A stretch of 64,000 nucleotides of DNA from Gaiellales bacterium (GTDB taxonomy: Bacteria > Actinomycetota > Thermoleophilia > Gaiellales > JAICJC01), in NCBI GenBank assembly GCA_038230835.1, contig JBBRMM010000003.1, positions 79,904 through 143,903 on the forward strand, written 5' to 3'. Below are positions 17,838-28,777 of this stretch, in pieces (the first letter of the stretch is position 1; each line of letters starts with the position of its first letter). The position numbers and the translations under genes are program-made. Under the pieces are notes generated by a model. That model had not been told where the DNA came from. It ran no database searches and saw only the letters and a list, made by a program, of their open reading frames with translations.

Positions 17838-18299
17838 ATGATCACGGACTCTCTGGCGGCGGAGTTGTCCGCCTCGCCCGGACGCTTCGTCCTTATCGAC
17901 GGTCGAGCCAGCGCCAACGAGGTGATCGACGAGTGGGAACAGATGTTGGGCACGACACGGTGCTCGGTGGGCGCACGGCTCACATCGTTGACCGAACCGC
18001 CGTCGAGCCAAGCGATCGAGGCGCTCCTGCGGCCCGATCCCCTCCTCGTTGACATCGAAGTTCTTTTCGCTTCGGAGCTCGCAGTCGATCCGTTGATGCT
18101 GCTGCGGCGCCTGGCCCGAATTTCGAACCCGCGCCTCGCCCTCTGGCCGGGAAGTCTTGCGGCCGGTCGGGCACGGTTCTCAGAGCCGCAACGAGAGGAT
18201 CACTACGACCGTCCCGTCGAGGATGTGATCATCTTGCGGCCAGTGTCCCGTTCGTTTCCCGATGAACCGTGCTTTGAGATCGAGAGGTGGCTGAGTTGA
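17838..18299 (+). CDS. brxF: Small protein in the BrxF position of a type 3 BREX operon
   Basis: 153 aa, overlapping the brxC start by 13 nt. Position and size match BrxF, but the sequence contains no lysine and therefore no Walker A GK[ST]. Confidence 0.5.
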   Translation: MITDSLAAELSASPGRFVLIDGRASANEVIDEWEQMLGTTRCSVGARLTSLTEPPSSQAIEALLRPDPLLVDIEVLFASELAVDPLMLLRRLARISNPRLALWPGSLAAGRARFSEPQREDHYDRPVEDVIILRPVSRSFPDEPCFEIERWLS

Positions 18300-21200
18300 A
18301 GTACGACGAGCTGATCGCCTTCGAGCCGATCGACAGCGTCAAAGTGCTGACTGAGGCCGACAGCGAGGATTTGGCTCGACGCGACGTGTCGACGTTCGTG
18401 ATCTCGCCGCAGATGCGACGAATGTTGGTCGAGCAACTCCTCCCGCATCTCCGGCTCGACGGCTCGGTCGACACCAAAGGCGTGCTCGTGGTAGCCAACT
18501 ACGGCACGGGCAAAACCCACCTCATGGCAACTATTTCAGCGGTGCTCGAGCACGCCGAACTCGCCGCCGAGCTGCGTGATGAGGACGTGCGCAAGGCGAT
18601 CGACGATGTCGCCGGGAGCTTCCAGGTGATGCGCGCGGAGATCGGCGCGACCAAGATGGGGCTGCGAGACATCGTCTGTGGAGAACTTGAGAGCGGGCTC
18701 AAGCGCCTAGGTGTGGACTTCACCTTCCCCCCGCTTGAGGAGGTAAGCAACACCAAGGACTCGCTCGTGGACATGATGGCCGCTTTTGAGAAGGTCGAGC
18801 CCGACCGCGGACTGCTGTTCGTGCTCGACGAGCTTCTGGACTACCTGCGCTCGCGTCGGGACGCCGAATTGATCGTCGACCTCGCGTTCTTGCGTGAGAT
18901 CGGCGAAATCAGTCGGACGACTCGCTTCCGCTTCATCGCCGGCATCCAGGAGGCGCTCTTCGACAACCCGCGTTTCGCGTCCGCGTCAGACGCTATCCGG
19001 CGCGTCCGCGACCGGTTCGAGCAGGTCCGTATCTCGCGTGAGGATGTCGCCTACGTCGTCCAGGAACGGCTCCTCCGCAAGGAGGCCGCGCAGAAGGCGC
19101 TGATCCGCGAGCACCTTGAGCGCTTCACGCCGGCGTTCGACGGGATGTCCGAGCGGCTCGAGGAGTTCGTCGCGCTCTACCCGGTGCATCCGTCGTACCT
19201 GCGGACGTTCGAGAGGGTGACGCTCGTGGAAAAGCGCCGCGTTCTGTCGACGCTGTCACATGCCATGGCCGAGCTCCTAAAGAGCGACGTTCCGACGGAA
19301 GCTCCCGGTCTCATCTGCTACGACGCCTATCGGTCTGAACTCGACAACGACCCTTCGAACCGATCGATACCCGACGTCGCGCTGGTGCTCGACCGCACCC
19401 ACGTACTGCGGTCCAAGCTCGAGAGCGCGCTGCCGCAGAAGGAGGACGTGCCAGCCGCGCTGCGCATTGTGGACGCGCTCGCGGTTCACCGCCTGACGAC
19501 TGAGGATATCGACGTCCCGATCGGCTTGACCGTCGACGAATTGCGCGACGACCTATGTCTCATTCCCGAAGGAGTGCCGGAACTTGACGCGGGTTTCATT
19601 GGTACGACGCTTGAGTCGGTTGTGGCAGAGATTGTGAAAGCCGTCTCGGGTCAGTTCCTTTCCCGCAACGACGACAACGGCCAACTCTTCCTCGATGTCC
19701 GGAAGGACATCGACTACGACCAGCTCATCCAGGAGCGCGCCGACTCGCTCGACGACCAGCGCCTAGACGACGCCTACTTTCGCGCGCTGGAGGAGGTTCT
19801 CGAGCAGCGCGACACACCATATGTCGCTAGCTACCGCATCTGGTCGTACGAGCTTCCGTGGAAGGCCAAGAACGTGACGCGGCTCGGGTACTTGTTCATG
19901 GGAGCGCCGAACGAGCGCTCTACGGCGCAGCCGCCGCGCGACTTTTACATCTATTTCCTCCAGCCCTACGAGGAACCTGCGTTCGCCGACCAGGAGTTGG
20001 CTGACGAGACCTTTGTGAGGCTTGAGGCGCCAGACGATGACTTCACTGCCGCGCTACGCCGGTACGCCGGTGCGGACGCGTTGACGGCCAGTTCCACTGA
20101 GCAGCATCGGCTCGTCTACGAGCAGAAACGCCAGCAGGCATTGCAGACGATGGTCGTTTGGCTTCGGCAGAACATGGCGAACGCGATGACGGTGACCTAC
20201 CGAGGCGAGGCGAAGCCCCTCGGTACCTGGCTCCAGCAGATCCCGGGTGCAAAGACATCAGTGAAGGCGCAGATCGATGCGATCGCAGCCCGTGCGCTCG
20301 AACCACACTTCGATGAGCGCTATCCCGGCTATCCCGCGTTTTCCGCAGAGATCACGAAGCAAAGCTTCGACGGAACGGTGCAGGCCGCGATCTCACAGAT
20401 TGCTACACGCCGCGCGACAGCTCTCGGGACCAAGGTACTCACTTCTCTAGGGCTGGCGGACATGAACGGGCAGATCGTCGCCGACGGCGAGTTCGCGAAG
20501 GCACTCCTCACCGCGCTTGAAAAGTCGGGGGACAAGGCCGTCAACCGTTCGGAGTTGCTGACCGAACGGGACCCCGGCGTACTCACGTGGGCGCCATGGC
20601 ACCTCGAGCCGTCATGGCTCGTCGTTGTCGCCGCAGCACTCTGCCATGCTGGACGGCTGGAACTCGGCTACCCGGCTGGGCAAGTCGACGCTGTCGGGCT
20701 CGACCGGTTGACGAAGATGTCGCGCGAGGAGCTCGTGCAGCTGACACACGTTGCCCCTCCGAAGGCGCTTCCTATCGTCGCACTACGCGACGCCGCGGCT
20801 CTGCTCGACATCGCCCCTGGCGCCGTCCCCGACTCTGGCGCGACCGAACCAGTGGTTCAGCAGATCCTGGACAAGACCCAGACCTACCTGAATCGCGTGC
20901 TCGACGCCGAGCAGCAAGTGAGCGACGGCGTGCTCGTTTGGGGCGCCCACGCGATCGACCACCAGCAGGACCGTCGCCTCCGACTCGCAGATTTGCGCAA
21001 GGTTCTCGAGGACCTCAAGGGCCGCGACTCGGTCGGGAAGATGAACAAACTGGCAATCGGGCCTGCGGAGCTCGAGGCGGCACACCGCGGAAAGCAGGAG
21101 CTTGAACGGACCGAGGGAATCGTCAGGGCTCGTAACCATCTCTCCGCGCTCCAGTACGTCACCGATGCGCAGGCCGCGTTCGACCAGGTCGACCCCTTCC

Positions 21201-21970
21201 TGGACGAGGCATCGGAACTGCGCTCAGAAGTGCTCGAACTGTTCGCCGGAGACAAGGTGGATCCGGCGGCCGTCTCCGTTACAAAGAGCAAGGCCGAGCA
21301 GCTGAAAGCCCGCTACCGCGAAGAGGCGGAGCACGCACATCAGCGTGACCGTCTTGACTCCAACGGCGAGAAGCACAAGAAGGCGATTCTCGAGGGCGGC
21401 ACCTTCAAGGACCTCGCGGCGCTCGCCAGTCTCGAGCTGTTGCCGTCGGGGACATTCGGCGTGATGCAGCAGCATCTCGCGGGGATCGGCACGTGCCTCG
21501 AGTTCACGTCTGATTCACTCGCCGAGACCGTCCGCTGCCCCCACTGCGGCTATCTTCCGCGGCCGTCAACCGGCCCGACCGCAAAAGCCCAAGTCGAAGA
21601 GCTTGACGAGGAGCTGCGCAAGCTGCGCTCGAACTGGTCCGCCGCCCTGCACGACAGCATCAAGCCGCCTGAGATCGCACAGGGCATCGAGCTCGTGAAG
21701 TCCGGGCGTGCCGAGCTTGAAGCCTTCGCCTCGAGCGGCGAGCTGCCCTCACCAGTGCCGAAGCCGCTCGTGACCGGGCTCCAGGAGGTGCTGCGCGGAT
21801 TCACGGTCCGGAACGTCTCCGCAGAAGACGTGTACTCGGCGCTCTTCCCGGACAACAGCCCAGTGCCCTTGTCGTCCTTTGAGGAACGCTTCCACGCGTT
21901 CGCCTCGAAGCTTCGAGGCGATGTGGACCCAAGCAAGATCCGCGTGCTCCCAGCCGCTCCGGAGCAGTAG
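18287..21970 (+). CDS. brxC: BREX ATPase BrxC/PglY
   Basis: 1227 aa with P-loop VVANYGTGKTHLMA, Walker B LLFVLDELLDYL, a long helical C-terminal part and a CPHCGY zinc-ribbon-like motif. Confidence 0.85.
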   Translation: MAELKYDELIAFEPIDSVKVLTEADSEDLARRDVSTFVISPQMRRMLVEQLLPHLRLDGSVDTKGVLVVANYGTGKTHLMATISAVLEHAELAAELRDEDVRKAIDDVAGSFQVMRAEIGATKMGLRDIVCGELESGLKRLGVDFTFPPLEEVSNTKDSLVDMMAAFEKVEPDRGLLFVLDELLDYLRSRRDAELIVDLAFLREIGEISRTTRFRFIAGIQEALFDNPRFASASDAIRRVRDRFEQVRISREDVAYVVQERLLRKEAAQKALIREHLERFTPAFDGMSERLEEFVALYPVHPSYLRTFERVTLVEKRRVLSTLSHAMAELLKSDVPTEAPGLICYDAYRSELDNDPSNRSIPDVALVLDRTHVLRSKLESALPQKEDVPAALRIVDALAVHRLTTEDIDVPIGLTVDELRDDLCLIPEGVPELDAGFIGTTLESVVAEIVKAVSGQFLSRNDDNGQLFLDVRKDIDYDQLIQERADSLDDQRLDDAYFRALEEVLEQRDTPYVASYRIWSYELPWKAKNVTRLGYLFMGAPNERSTAQPPRDFYIYFLQPYEEPAFADQELADETFVRLEAPDDDFTAALRRYAGADALTASSTEQHRLVYEQKRQQALQTMVVWLRQNMANAMTVTYRGEAKPLGTWLQQIPGAKTSVKAQIDAIAARALEPHFDERYPGYPAFSAEITKQSFDGTVQAAISQIATRRATALGTKVLTSLGLADMNGQIVADGEFAKALLTALEKSGDKAVNRSELLTERDPGVLTWAPWHLEPSWLVVVAAALCHAGRLELGYPAGQVDAVGLDRLTKMSREELVQLTHVAPPKALPIVALRDAAALLDIAPGAVPDSGATEPVVQQILDKTQTYLNRVLDAEQQVSDGVLVWGAHAIDHQQDRRLRLADLRKVLEDLKGRDSVGKMNKLAIGPAELEAAHRGKQELERTEGIVRARNHLSALQYVTDAQAAFDQVDPFLDEASELRSEVLELFAGDKVDPAAVSVTKSKAEQLKARYREEAEHAHQRDRLDSNGEKHKKAILEGGTFKDLAALASLELLPSGTFGVMQQHLAGIGTCLEFTSDSLAETVRCPHCGYLPRPSTGPTAKAQVEELDEELRKLRSNWSAALHDSIKPPEIAQGIELVKSGRAELEAFASSGELPSPVPKPLVTGLQEVLRGFTVRNVSAEDVYSALFPDNSPVPLSSFEERFHAFASKLRGDVDPSKIRVLPAAPEQ

Positions 21971-21972
21971 CC

Positions 21973-24570
21973 GTGACCGAGCGCCTCGACCTCGGTGACG
22001 AGCGCGTCGCCGCACCCGATCTCTCCGACGATCTGCGCGCGCGTCTTCCTCAACTACGTGATGTTCCCGGGTGCCCGAGTGGCACCGACGACGCGATCAT
22101 CGAGATGTCTGCGCCGCCGGCCCACACCGCGTGCCCGAATCCATACCTGCGCGAGTGGGTCGAGCAGCACCAGAGTACGGACGTCGACAGGCCTGATCCA
22201 GGCCCCTTTGCGGCCGACAGCCAGGCGGGGAAGACGTCGCTCGTCTACAAGGCGCACGGTTACCCGACGAAGGTGCCGCACGAGGCCATCATGCGCCTCA
22301 TCCTCCACTACACGAAGCCCGGTGACATTGTGCTGGACGGCTTTTGCGGTACGGGGATGACAGGCGTGGCAGCGCAGATGTGCGGTCGCGCCGACGTCGA
22401 TCTGCGGACGACGATCGAACTCGAAATGGGCAACGTGCAGTGGGGAATCCGCCGCGCCGTGCTTCAGGACCTCGGCCCAAGCGCCACCTTCATTGCCGCT
22501 GGTTTGAACGTCCCGGTCGATGTCGACGCCTTCGACCGCGCATCGAAAGACATGCTTGACCGGTTCGATGATGACTACGGATGGATGTACGAGACGAAGC
22601 TCGAGGACGGAAGGACGGCGCGGATTGATTACACCGTTTGGTCGGAGGTGATGACGTGCCCCCACTGCGGCTCTCGCATCGTATTCTTCGAGGCGGCGTT
22701 CAACCACGACTCTGGCGGTGTGCGTGAGGAGTTCAACTGCACGTCGTGTGGTGCCGAGGTTAAGAAGGCATCGCTAGAACGGAGATTCGCAACGATCCGG
22801 ACGCTCGCGGGCGACACGATTGAGCGCGTCGAGTACGAGCCCGTTGAAATCCATTGGCGAAGTGGTCGCGATAAGGGTAGCAAGTCCTTCGATCAGGCGG
22901 ATCGGGATGTGCTCGACCGAGTCGCAGCTGCAGCCGTCGTCGGATTTCCGGCGACGGCGCTTCCCATTGAGACGATGGGGCACGGTTCGCGGCTTGCGCC
23001 AAAGGGGTTCACTCGCATAGACCACCTCTGGGGCGATCGCGCCCTGACCGCCCTAACGGCTCTCTGGCGCTTGGCAGGAACATCTCAGGTCGTGGCGACT
23101 CGGCGTGTATTGCGCTTTTGGGTTGAGCAGGGTTGTTGGGGTTTGTCATGGATGAATCGATACAGCGCTACCCACTTCTCCCAGGTCAACCGTAACCTCA
23201 ATGGCGTCTACTACGTTGGGTCGCTTCACGCGGAGCCAAGCCCTCGCTACAACCTCGAAGGCTCGCGTCCGTCAACGGGAAAGCGCTCGTCGCTCGTCAA
23301 ACTCTGGACGTCCCTTAGGAACAGCGGCGATCACGTTCGGATCTCAACTGGGTCGTCGACGGTGCTTGACATCCCGGACAGCTCGATCGATTACGTCTTC
23401 GTTGACCCGCCGTTCGGGGCGAACATCCCGTACGCCGACCTCGCGTTGGTGATCGAGAATTGGCATGGAGTGCTGACGTCAACGGGCGAAGAAGCAGTCA
23501 CTCACGAACAGCAGGGCAAAGGTCTCTTCGAGTACAGCGCGCTGATCGAGGCTTGCTTCCGCGAGTTCCATCGCGTGCTGAAGCCTGGACGTTGGATGAC
23601 GGTGGAGTTCTCGAACTCGTCGAACGCGGTGTGGAGTGCGATTCAGCAGGCGCTTGCGTCGGCGGGATTTGTGGTGGCCGACACACGCGTGCTCGACAAG
23701 GAACAGCATTCGTTCCGGCAGGTAACTGCGAAAAACGCTGTTAAGCGCGATCTGATCATCTCCGCGTACAAACCTCACGCGGATGTGGCCGAGCGCGTCC
23801 GACTCTCCGGCGGTAGCGAGGACAGCGTATGGGCATTCGTTCGCGAACATCTCTCTCACTTGCCGCTGCGCGATCTCCTTGAAGGGGTTCCGCGGATCGT
23901 GCGCGAGCGACAGGCTGACCGCTTGTACGACCGGATGGTGGCGTTCCACGTCGCGCAGGGGATCGTCGTGCCAATGACGGTGGCGGAGCTCTACGCGGGG
24001 CTTGACCAACGTCTACCGCTCCGCGACGGGATGTACTTCCTTCCGGCCCAGGCGGAGGAGTACGAGAAGCTGCGAGCGGCTGGAATGGACCCCGAACAGG
24101 CCGAGCTCTTCATTACTGGCGAGAGTTCTGCAGTGGCTTGGCTGCGTCAGTTCCTCCGAGGCAACGCTCTCGCCTTCGCTGGCATCCAGCCGGCGTTCTT
24201 CCAGGAGGTCCAGAAGGGCACTGCCGGCTGGGACGAGTTGCCGGACCTCAAGGAGCTTCTGGACCAGAATTTCGTGACCGACACCGAGGGGCGATACGTC
24301 GTTCCCGACCCGAAGAAGGCGGAGCATCTGGAACAGCTTCGCGAGGCGGACCTGCTCCGGGTCTTTGATGGGTACGTCGTTGGTACGGGGCCGCTTGAGC
24401 AGTTCCGTTCAGAGGCCGTCAAGGCCGGCTTCAAGCGGGCTTACCGCGACCGGGACTTCGAGACGATTATCAAGGTCGGCCAGCGCATCCCAATGGAGGC
24501 TTTCAACGACGACACCGCATTGATGCATTACTTCCGTAACGCTGAACGGCTCCACCGCGGCGCGCGGTGA
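21973..24570 (+). CDS. pglXI: BREX type 3 DNA methyltransferase PglXI
   Basis: 865 aa with SAM-binding motif DIVLDGFCGTGMTG, catalytic motif YVFVDPPFGANIPY and an internal CPHCG...CTSCG zinc ribbon. Confidence 0.85.
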   Translation: MTERLDLGDERVAAPDLSDDLRARLPQLRDVPGCPSGTDDAIIEMSAPPAHTACPNPYLREWVEQHQSTDVDRPDPGPFAADSQAGKTSLVYKAHGYPTKVPHEAIMRLILHYTKPGDIVLDGFCGTGMTGVAAQMCGRADVDLRTTIELEMGNVQWGIRRAVLQDLGPSATFIAAGLNVPVDVDAFDRASKDMLDRFDDDYGWMYETKLEDGRTARIDYTVWSEVMTCPHCGSRIVFFEAAFNHDSGGVREEFNCTSCGAEVKKASLERRFATIRTLAGDTIERVEYEPVEIHWRSGRDKGSKSFDQADRDVLDRVAAAAVVGFPATALPIETMGHGSRLAPKGFTRIDHLWGDRALTALTALWRLAGTSQVVATRRVLRFWVEQGCWGLSWMNRYSATHFSQVNRNLNGVYYVGSLHAEPSPRYNLEGSRPSTGKRSSLVKLWTSLRNSGDHVRISTGSSTVLDIPDSSIDYVFVDPPFGANIPYADLALVIENWHGVLTSTGEEAVTHEQQGKGLFEYSALIEACFREFHRVLKPGRWMTVEFSNSSNAVWSAIQQALASAGFVVADTRVLDKEQHSFRQVTAKNAVKRDLIISAYKPHADVAERVRLSGGSEDSVWAFVREHLSHLPLRDLLEGVPRIVRERQADRLYDRMVAFHVAQGIVVPMTVAELYAGLDQRLPLRDGMYFLPAQAEEYEKLRAAGMDPEQAELFITGESSAVAWLRQFLRGNALAFAGIQPAFFQEVQKGTAGWDELPDLKELLDQNFVTDTEGRYVVPDPKKAEHLEQLREADLLRVFDGYVVGTGPLEQFRSEAVKAGFKRAYRDRDFETIIKVGQRIPMEAFNDDTALMHYFRNAERLHRGAR

Positions 24571-26993
24571 CCTCGGACGAGCACGTCTGGTGGCCTGCCG
24601 GGCGCCGCTCGTTGCGTGTTCTGACGCGCACAGAGCTGTGGGGTCAACGCTTGATCGACGCGATCGACGTCGCAAGCGGCTCGTTGATCCGACTCGACGA
24701 AGTCGACGTGACACCCCTCGCCGGCCGCCGCTGGGAACGAGACGAGGTGATCTGGAGAGCGTCTGCGTGCCGCGCGATTGCAGCTGCGGCCGCGGGGGCT
24801 GCGGTTGCGGCGGCGTCTTCCGGCGTCGAGCTGTTACCTCACCAGGCTGCGACCCTGACCAGGGCACTCAAGCTAGATCCGGTCCGACTAGCGCTGTGCG
24901 ACGAGGTTGGGCTGGGCAAGACGATCACCGCAGCAGCCATCTATACCGAGCTCAAGGCGCGAGGACGTGCCTCGCGGGTGCTGGTTGTCGCGCCGAAGAG
25001 CGTGCAGCTTCAGTGGGTGGCGGAGTTCGCCGACCGGTTTGAAGAGGAGTTTGTCCGCGTTGGCCCGGAAGGAATGCCGGTCGATGCCGGCGTCGATCCC
25101 TGGCGCGCGTTTCCGCAGGTCGTGTGCTCCCTGGACGCGGTAAAGCCGATCCGCGCGAGAGCGGGTTGGAGCCTGGAGCAGGTCGATGCGTACAACCAGC
25201 GTCGGGTAGAGGCAATCGTCGCGGCGGGCTGGGATCTCGTGATCTTCGACGAGGCGCACCACGTGGCGGGCTCGAGCGACGAGGTAGCGCGCCACCGCCT
25301 CGCCCGCGAACTGTCGGCGACGGTCCGGAACATCCTTCTGCTGTCGGCGACGCCGCACTCCGGGAAGTCCGACGGATTTCGGCGCTTCGTCGGCCTGCTC
25401 GATGAGCAGTTTTTCGGCGGTGCTCCACTCACGCGGGACAGGGTCCAGGAGCTTGTCGCTCGCACGGAGAAGCGTACGGCGATCGACAGAGCTGGTCGTC
25501 CGCTGTTCATGCCGCGTACCACAACCATGGAGGTCGTTCGGTACGGCGATCGGACGGTCGAGCGTGACCTCTACGACGCCGTAACCGAATACGTACGTGA
25601 GGGGTATGGGCGTGCCCTCCGAGAGAAGCGTCCGGCGGTCGGCTTCCTCGTGCTCCTCATGCAGCGTCTCGTCTCGTCGAGCACCGCGGCGATCCTCGCG
25701 GCGCTTGAGAAGCGAGCCGCGGCGCTTGAGGCGGCGCCTGAGCAACTCGAGCTGGGCGCATTCACCGGGGACTGGGAAGAACTGACCGGCGAAGAACAGT
25801 TCGAGCGGATGGCCGAGATGCGCGGGCACGGGTGGGTGAACGAGCGCCTTCAAGTCCAAGAGCTGCTGCAGCGCGCTCGACGTGCCGCGTCGAGCGGTCT
25901 CGATGCGAAGGTGAGTCATCTCTTCGATCTGCTTGGCCAACTTGAGACGAGCGAGAGCGACCCCGACGTGAAGGTGCTTCTCTTTACGGAGTTCCTGCCC
26001 ACGCAGGAGATGCTCTTGAATGCGCTGGCGGGCGCAGGCATCTCTGCCGTCGCGATCAACGGTGGGAACTCGCTTGCCGAACGAGCACTCGCGCAGGACG
26101 CGTTTCGGGAGCGCTCCCGCGTGCTCGTCTCGACAGATGCCGGCGGCGAGGGGATCAACCTGCAGTTCGCCCACGTCGTCGTCAACTGGGATCTGCCGTG
26201 GACGCCCACGAAGATCGAGCAGCGCATTGGTCGCGTTGATCGGATTGGGCAGCCACTCCCAGTGAAGGCCTACAACCTAGTTCGTGAGAACTCGATCGAC
26301 CTTCGTGTACTCGAGGTGCTTGAGCGCAAGTTGGCGACGATCCTCGTCGAGCTCGGAAGTGACAAGCGGGGCGACGTCCTCGAGAGCCTAAGCACACGGA
26401 CAGAGCGCTTGTACGTTGATGCGATCCTCGAGCCCGATGCTCTTGAGCGCTCCGCGGACGACGTGACGGCCGCGGCGCGCGACGAGGTGGTCTCGCAAGC
26501 CCCGACGCTCGAACTGATAGCGCCGCAGGCAATCAAGCAAGTCGTGCGGTCTGACGCGGACATCCGCGACTCCGTGCGTCGTGCGTCGGAGGCACGAGCG
26601 CGGATGCTCGGCAGCGATGTGCTTCGAGGCGCGCTGGATGCGTTGCGCGAGTTGCCCGAGGTGGCACCGGGAGAGCCTGTTCCTCTGCTTCCCGATTCAG
26701 GGGCGTCCGGATGGTGGGGCTGTTTCGAGGTGGCCGACAATGAGCACCGCCGAACGTGCTTCGCCGTCTTCAGTCCCGACGGAGGCGGGCTTGTCCGCCC
26801 GGACATCGCTGACCGCTGCTGGAGCGCGCTCGCCATCGAGGGCGCGGGCGAGACTTCGGGACCACCTGAGCCGGTGGAGTTCGACGAGCTCCTTGGTCTC
26901 GGTCGCGACCACGGCTATCGCGCCTGGGAGACGCTCGGATCGGCGAGTGTCCCGGTGCTCACGCTGCGGCTTCTCGTCCGGGTAACTTCGTGA
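24567..26993 (+). CDS. brxHII: BREX type 3 SNF2/DEAH-family helicase BrxHII
   Basis: 808 aa with LCDEVGLGKTITAAA, VIFDEAHHVAG, LLSATPHSG, VSTDAGGEGINLQ and EQRIGRVDRIGQ. Start and stop overlap by GTGA on both sides. Confidence 0.85.
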   Translation: MTSDEHVWWPAGRRSLRVLTRTELWGQRLIDAIDVASGSLIRLDEVDVTPLAGRRWERDEVIWRASACRAIAAAAAGAAVAAASSGVELLPHQAATLTRALKLDPVRLALCDEVGLGKTITAAAIYTELKARGRASRVLVVAPKSVQLQWVAEFADRFEEEFVRVGPEGMPVDAGVDPWRAFPQVVCSLDAVKPIRARAGWSLEQVDAYNQRRVEAIVAAGWDLVIFDEAHHVAGSSDEVARHRLARELSATVRNILLLSATPHSGKSDGFRRFVGLLDEQFFGGAPLTRDRVQELVARTEKRTAIDRAGRPLFMPRTTTMEVVRYGDRTVERDLYDAVTEYVREGYGRALREKRPAVGFLVLLMQRLVSSSTAAILAALEKRAAALEAAPEQLELGAFTGDWEELTGEEQFERMAEMRGHGWVNERLQVQELLQRARRAASSGLDAKVSHLFDLLGQLETSESDPDVKVLLFTEFLPTQEMLLNALAGAGISAVAINGGNSLAERALAQDAFRERSRVLVSTDAGGEGINLQFAHVVVNWDLPWTPTKIEQRIGRVDRIGQPLPVKAYNLVRENSIDLRVLEVLERKLATILVELGSDKRGDVLESLSTRTERLYVDAILEPDALERSADDVTAAARDEVVSQAPTLELIAPQAIKQVVRSDADIRDSVRRASEARARMLGSDVLRGALDALRELPEVAPGEPVPLLPDSGASGWWGCFEVADNEHRRTCFAVFSPDGGGLVRPDIADRCWSALAIEGAGETSGPPEPVEFDELLGLGRDHGYRAWETLGSASVPVLTLRLLVRVTS

Positions 26994-28777
26994 CCGGCTG
27001 GCTCGAAGCCCAAGTCTCCGAAGTGCGCCAGGCGACATCCACGCCGGTCGCTCTCGTTGTTGACCCTCATGAGCTTCTGCCGGCGGAGCGCCTCAGCGTG
27101 GTGGCAGAGACCGTCGCGGCAGCCGACTGGTGGTCGCTGCGACGGTCATGGGAAGCGGTTGGTCGTCACCGAACATGGGGTGACGGGCGCCTGATCTTGC
27201 ATGTCACCGGTGACGCGGGTAACCGAGAGCTCCCGTACGACATTGCACGATCGTCGACAACAGTAGTCATCGGCTGGCCAGTTCCGCCGCCCTGGCGTGC
27301 GTTGTTCAGCAGCCTCCTGACCGAGCCCGGAGCAGACATTCTGGTCGATGCCGCCCAGCGCGGACAAGCAACGCGCCTACTCCTCGAGAGGTTGTTCGGC
27401 GTTGGGTTTCCCGTGGGGTCGGAGAGTGGCGAGCTTGCCGCCATCGCTGCGTTGCGAGCTCGCGCGACTCTCTCCGACGCGGTGTGGGGACTCGTTCATG
27501 AGACAGTCACCATGCCACTGGCTCGCGACCTGGCGAGGCAGCCGCCCGAACGCTCAACCGCGACCGAGCGTTGGACGTCGTGGCTCTCGGGCGAGCACGA
27601 GGATCCAGTGCTGCGCGACGCGGGTCCCGCATTGCTCGGGCTCGTTACGGCTGGTGTGCTGCCGCGGGTGACGAACATGGCTCCGTCCGCACCTGGTTGG
27701 GCGCAGTTGGCAGCTGCCGACATCGACGTTGTAAGTCGTGCCACGGCGCTGCTCGGCGAGCCTCCCGTTTCGGGCATCCCTTCCGGGCTGTCGGACTGGA
27801 GCGCGGTGGCAGTGTGGATGGGGACGATCCGAGGGCTGCTGTCGCTTGATCCTGCCGCTCCGGAAACACTTCTAAGAGACGTCCATGAGCAAGCCGTCGA
27901 CCTGGACGACGTCTTCGCTCCGTGGCTGAGGGCGCAGTATGGGTCCCTGCTCCAGAGCGCCGCTATTCCGCCCGTGACTGTGCATAAAGTCGCGCCGTTC
28001 CTCGGCCGCCGCGTCGCCGACGGAGCGCGGGTGCTGCTCGTCGTCCTCGACGGCGTCGGCTTCGCGCAGTGGGAGATCCTCCTCGACAAGACCGGCATCA
28101 GTCCGCTCCAGCAGCACGCCTGCTTGTCCATGCTTCCCTCCGAGACGACCGTCTCGCGTCAAGCCCTGCTCGCCGGAACGACTCCCGATGACTTCGCATC
28201 GTCGTTTCACACAACCGCCAAGGAAAAGCAACATTGGCATGACTTCTGGAGTGGACACGGCGTCCCCAACGAAGAGGTGCGCTATTACCGCGTTGACGGC
28301 CGCCGAGAAGACATCGTCCCCCTCTCGTCCGCCTACCGGGCCGTCGCCGTGATCGTGTCCGCGATCGACATGCTCATGCACGGAAGCGAGCTGCTCGGTG
28401 ACGCCCAGCTCTCTGCGGGCGTGACTGCGTGGTGCCAGCAGGGCTACTTGACAGGCCTGCTGGCCCAGGCCGACGAGCACGGGTATGAAACGTGGCTGAC
28501 CGCCGACCACGGCAACGTCGTCGCGACCGCCGGCGGCGCGCCACCAGAGGGTCTCAGGGTGGAGCGACAGGGAACAAGGCTCCGGCTCTACCGCTCCCTG
28601 GCAATGCGCGATGCTTCTGCGAACCTCGGGATCGCGTGGACACCCCCACGTCTGCCGCCCGACGTACACGTCCTCTTTGCTCCACGGCGCGAAGGGTTCC
28701 AGCGTCACGGACTGCGGGTCACCCACGGCGGGCTCAGCTTCGAGGAGGTCTTTGTGCCGCTTGCGAGGTTGACATGA
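26990..28777 (+). CDS. pglZ: PglZ alkaline-phosphatase-superfamily protein
   Basis: 595 aa with VLLVVLDGVGFAQWE, TTVSRQALLAG, SAIDMLMHG and LTADHGNV, characteristic of the PglZ domain. Confidence 0.85.
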   Translation: MTGWLEAQVSEVRQATSTPVALVVDPHELLPAERLSVVAETVAAADWWSLRRSWEAVGRHRTWGDGRLILHVTGDAGNRELPYDIARSSTTVVIGWPVPPPWRALFSSLLTEPGADILVDAAQRGQATRLLLERLFGVGFPVGSESGELAAIAALRARATLSDAVWGLVHETVTMPLARDLARQPPERSTATERWTSWLSGEHEDPVLRDAGPALLGLVTAGVLPRVTNMAPSAPGWAQLAAADIDVVSRATALLGEPPVSGIPSGLSDWSAVAVWMGTIRGLLSLDPAAPETLLRDVHEQAVDLDDVFAPWLRAQYGSLLQSAAIPPVTVHKVAPFLGRRVADGARVLLVVLDGVGFAQWEILLDKTGISPLQQHACLSMLPSETTVSRQALLAGTTPDDFASSFHTTAKEKQHWHDFWSGHGVPNEEVRYYRVDGRREDIVPLSSAYRAVAVIVSAIDMLMHGSELLGDAQLSAGVTAWCQQGYLTGLLAQADEHGYETWLTADHGNVVATAGGAPPEGLRVERQGTRLRLYRSLAMRDASANLGIAWTPPRLPPDVHVLFAPRREGFQRHGLRVTHGGLSFEEVFVPLARLT

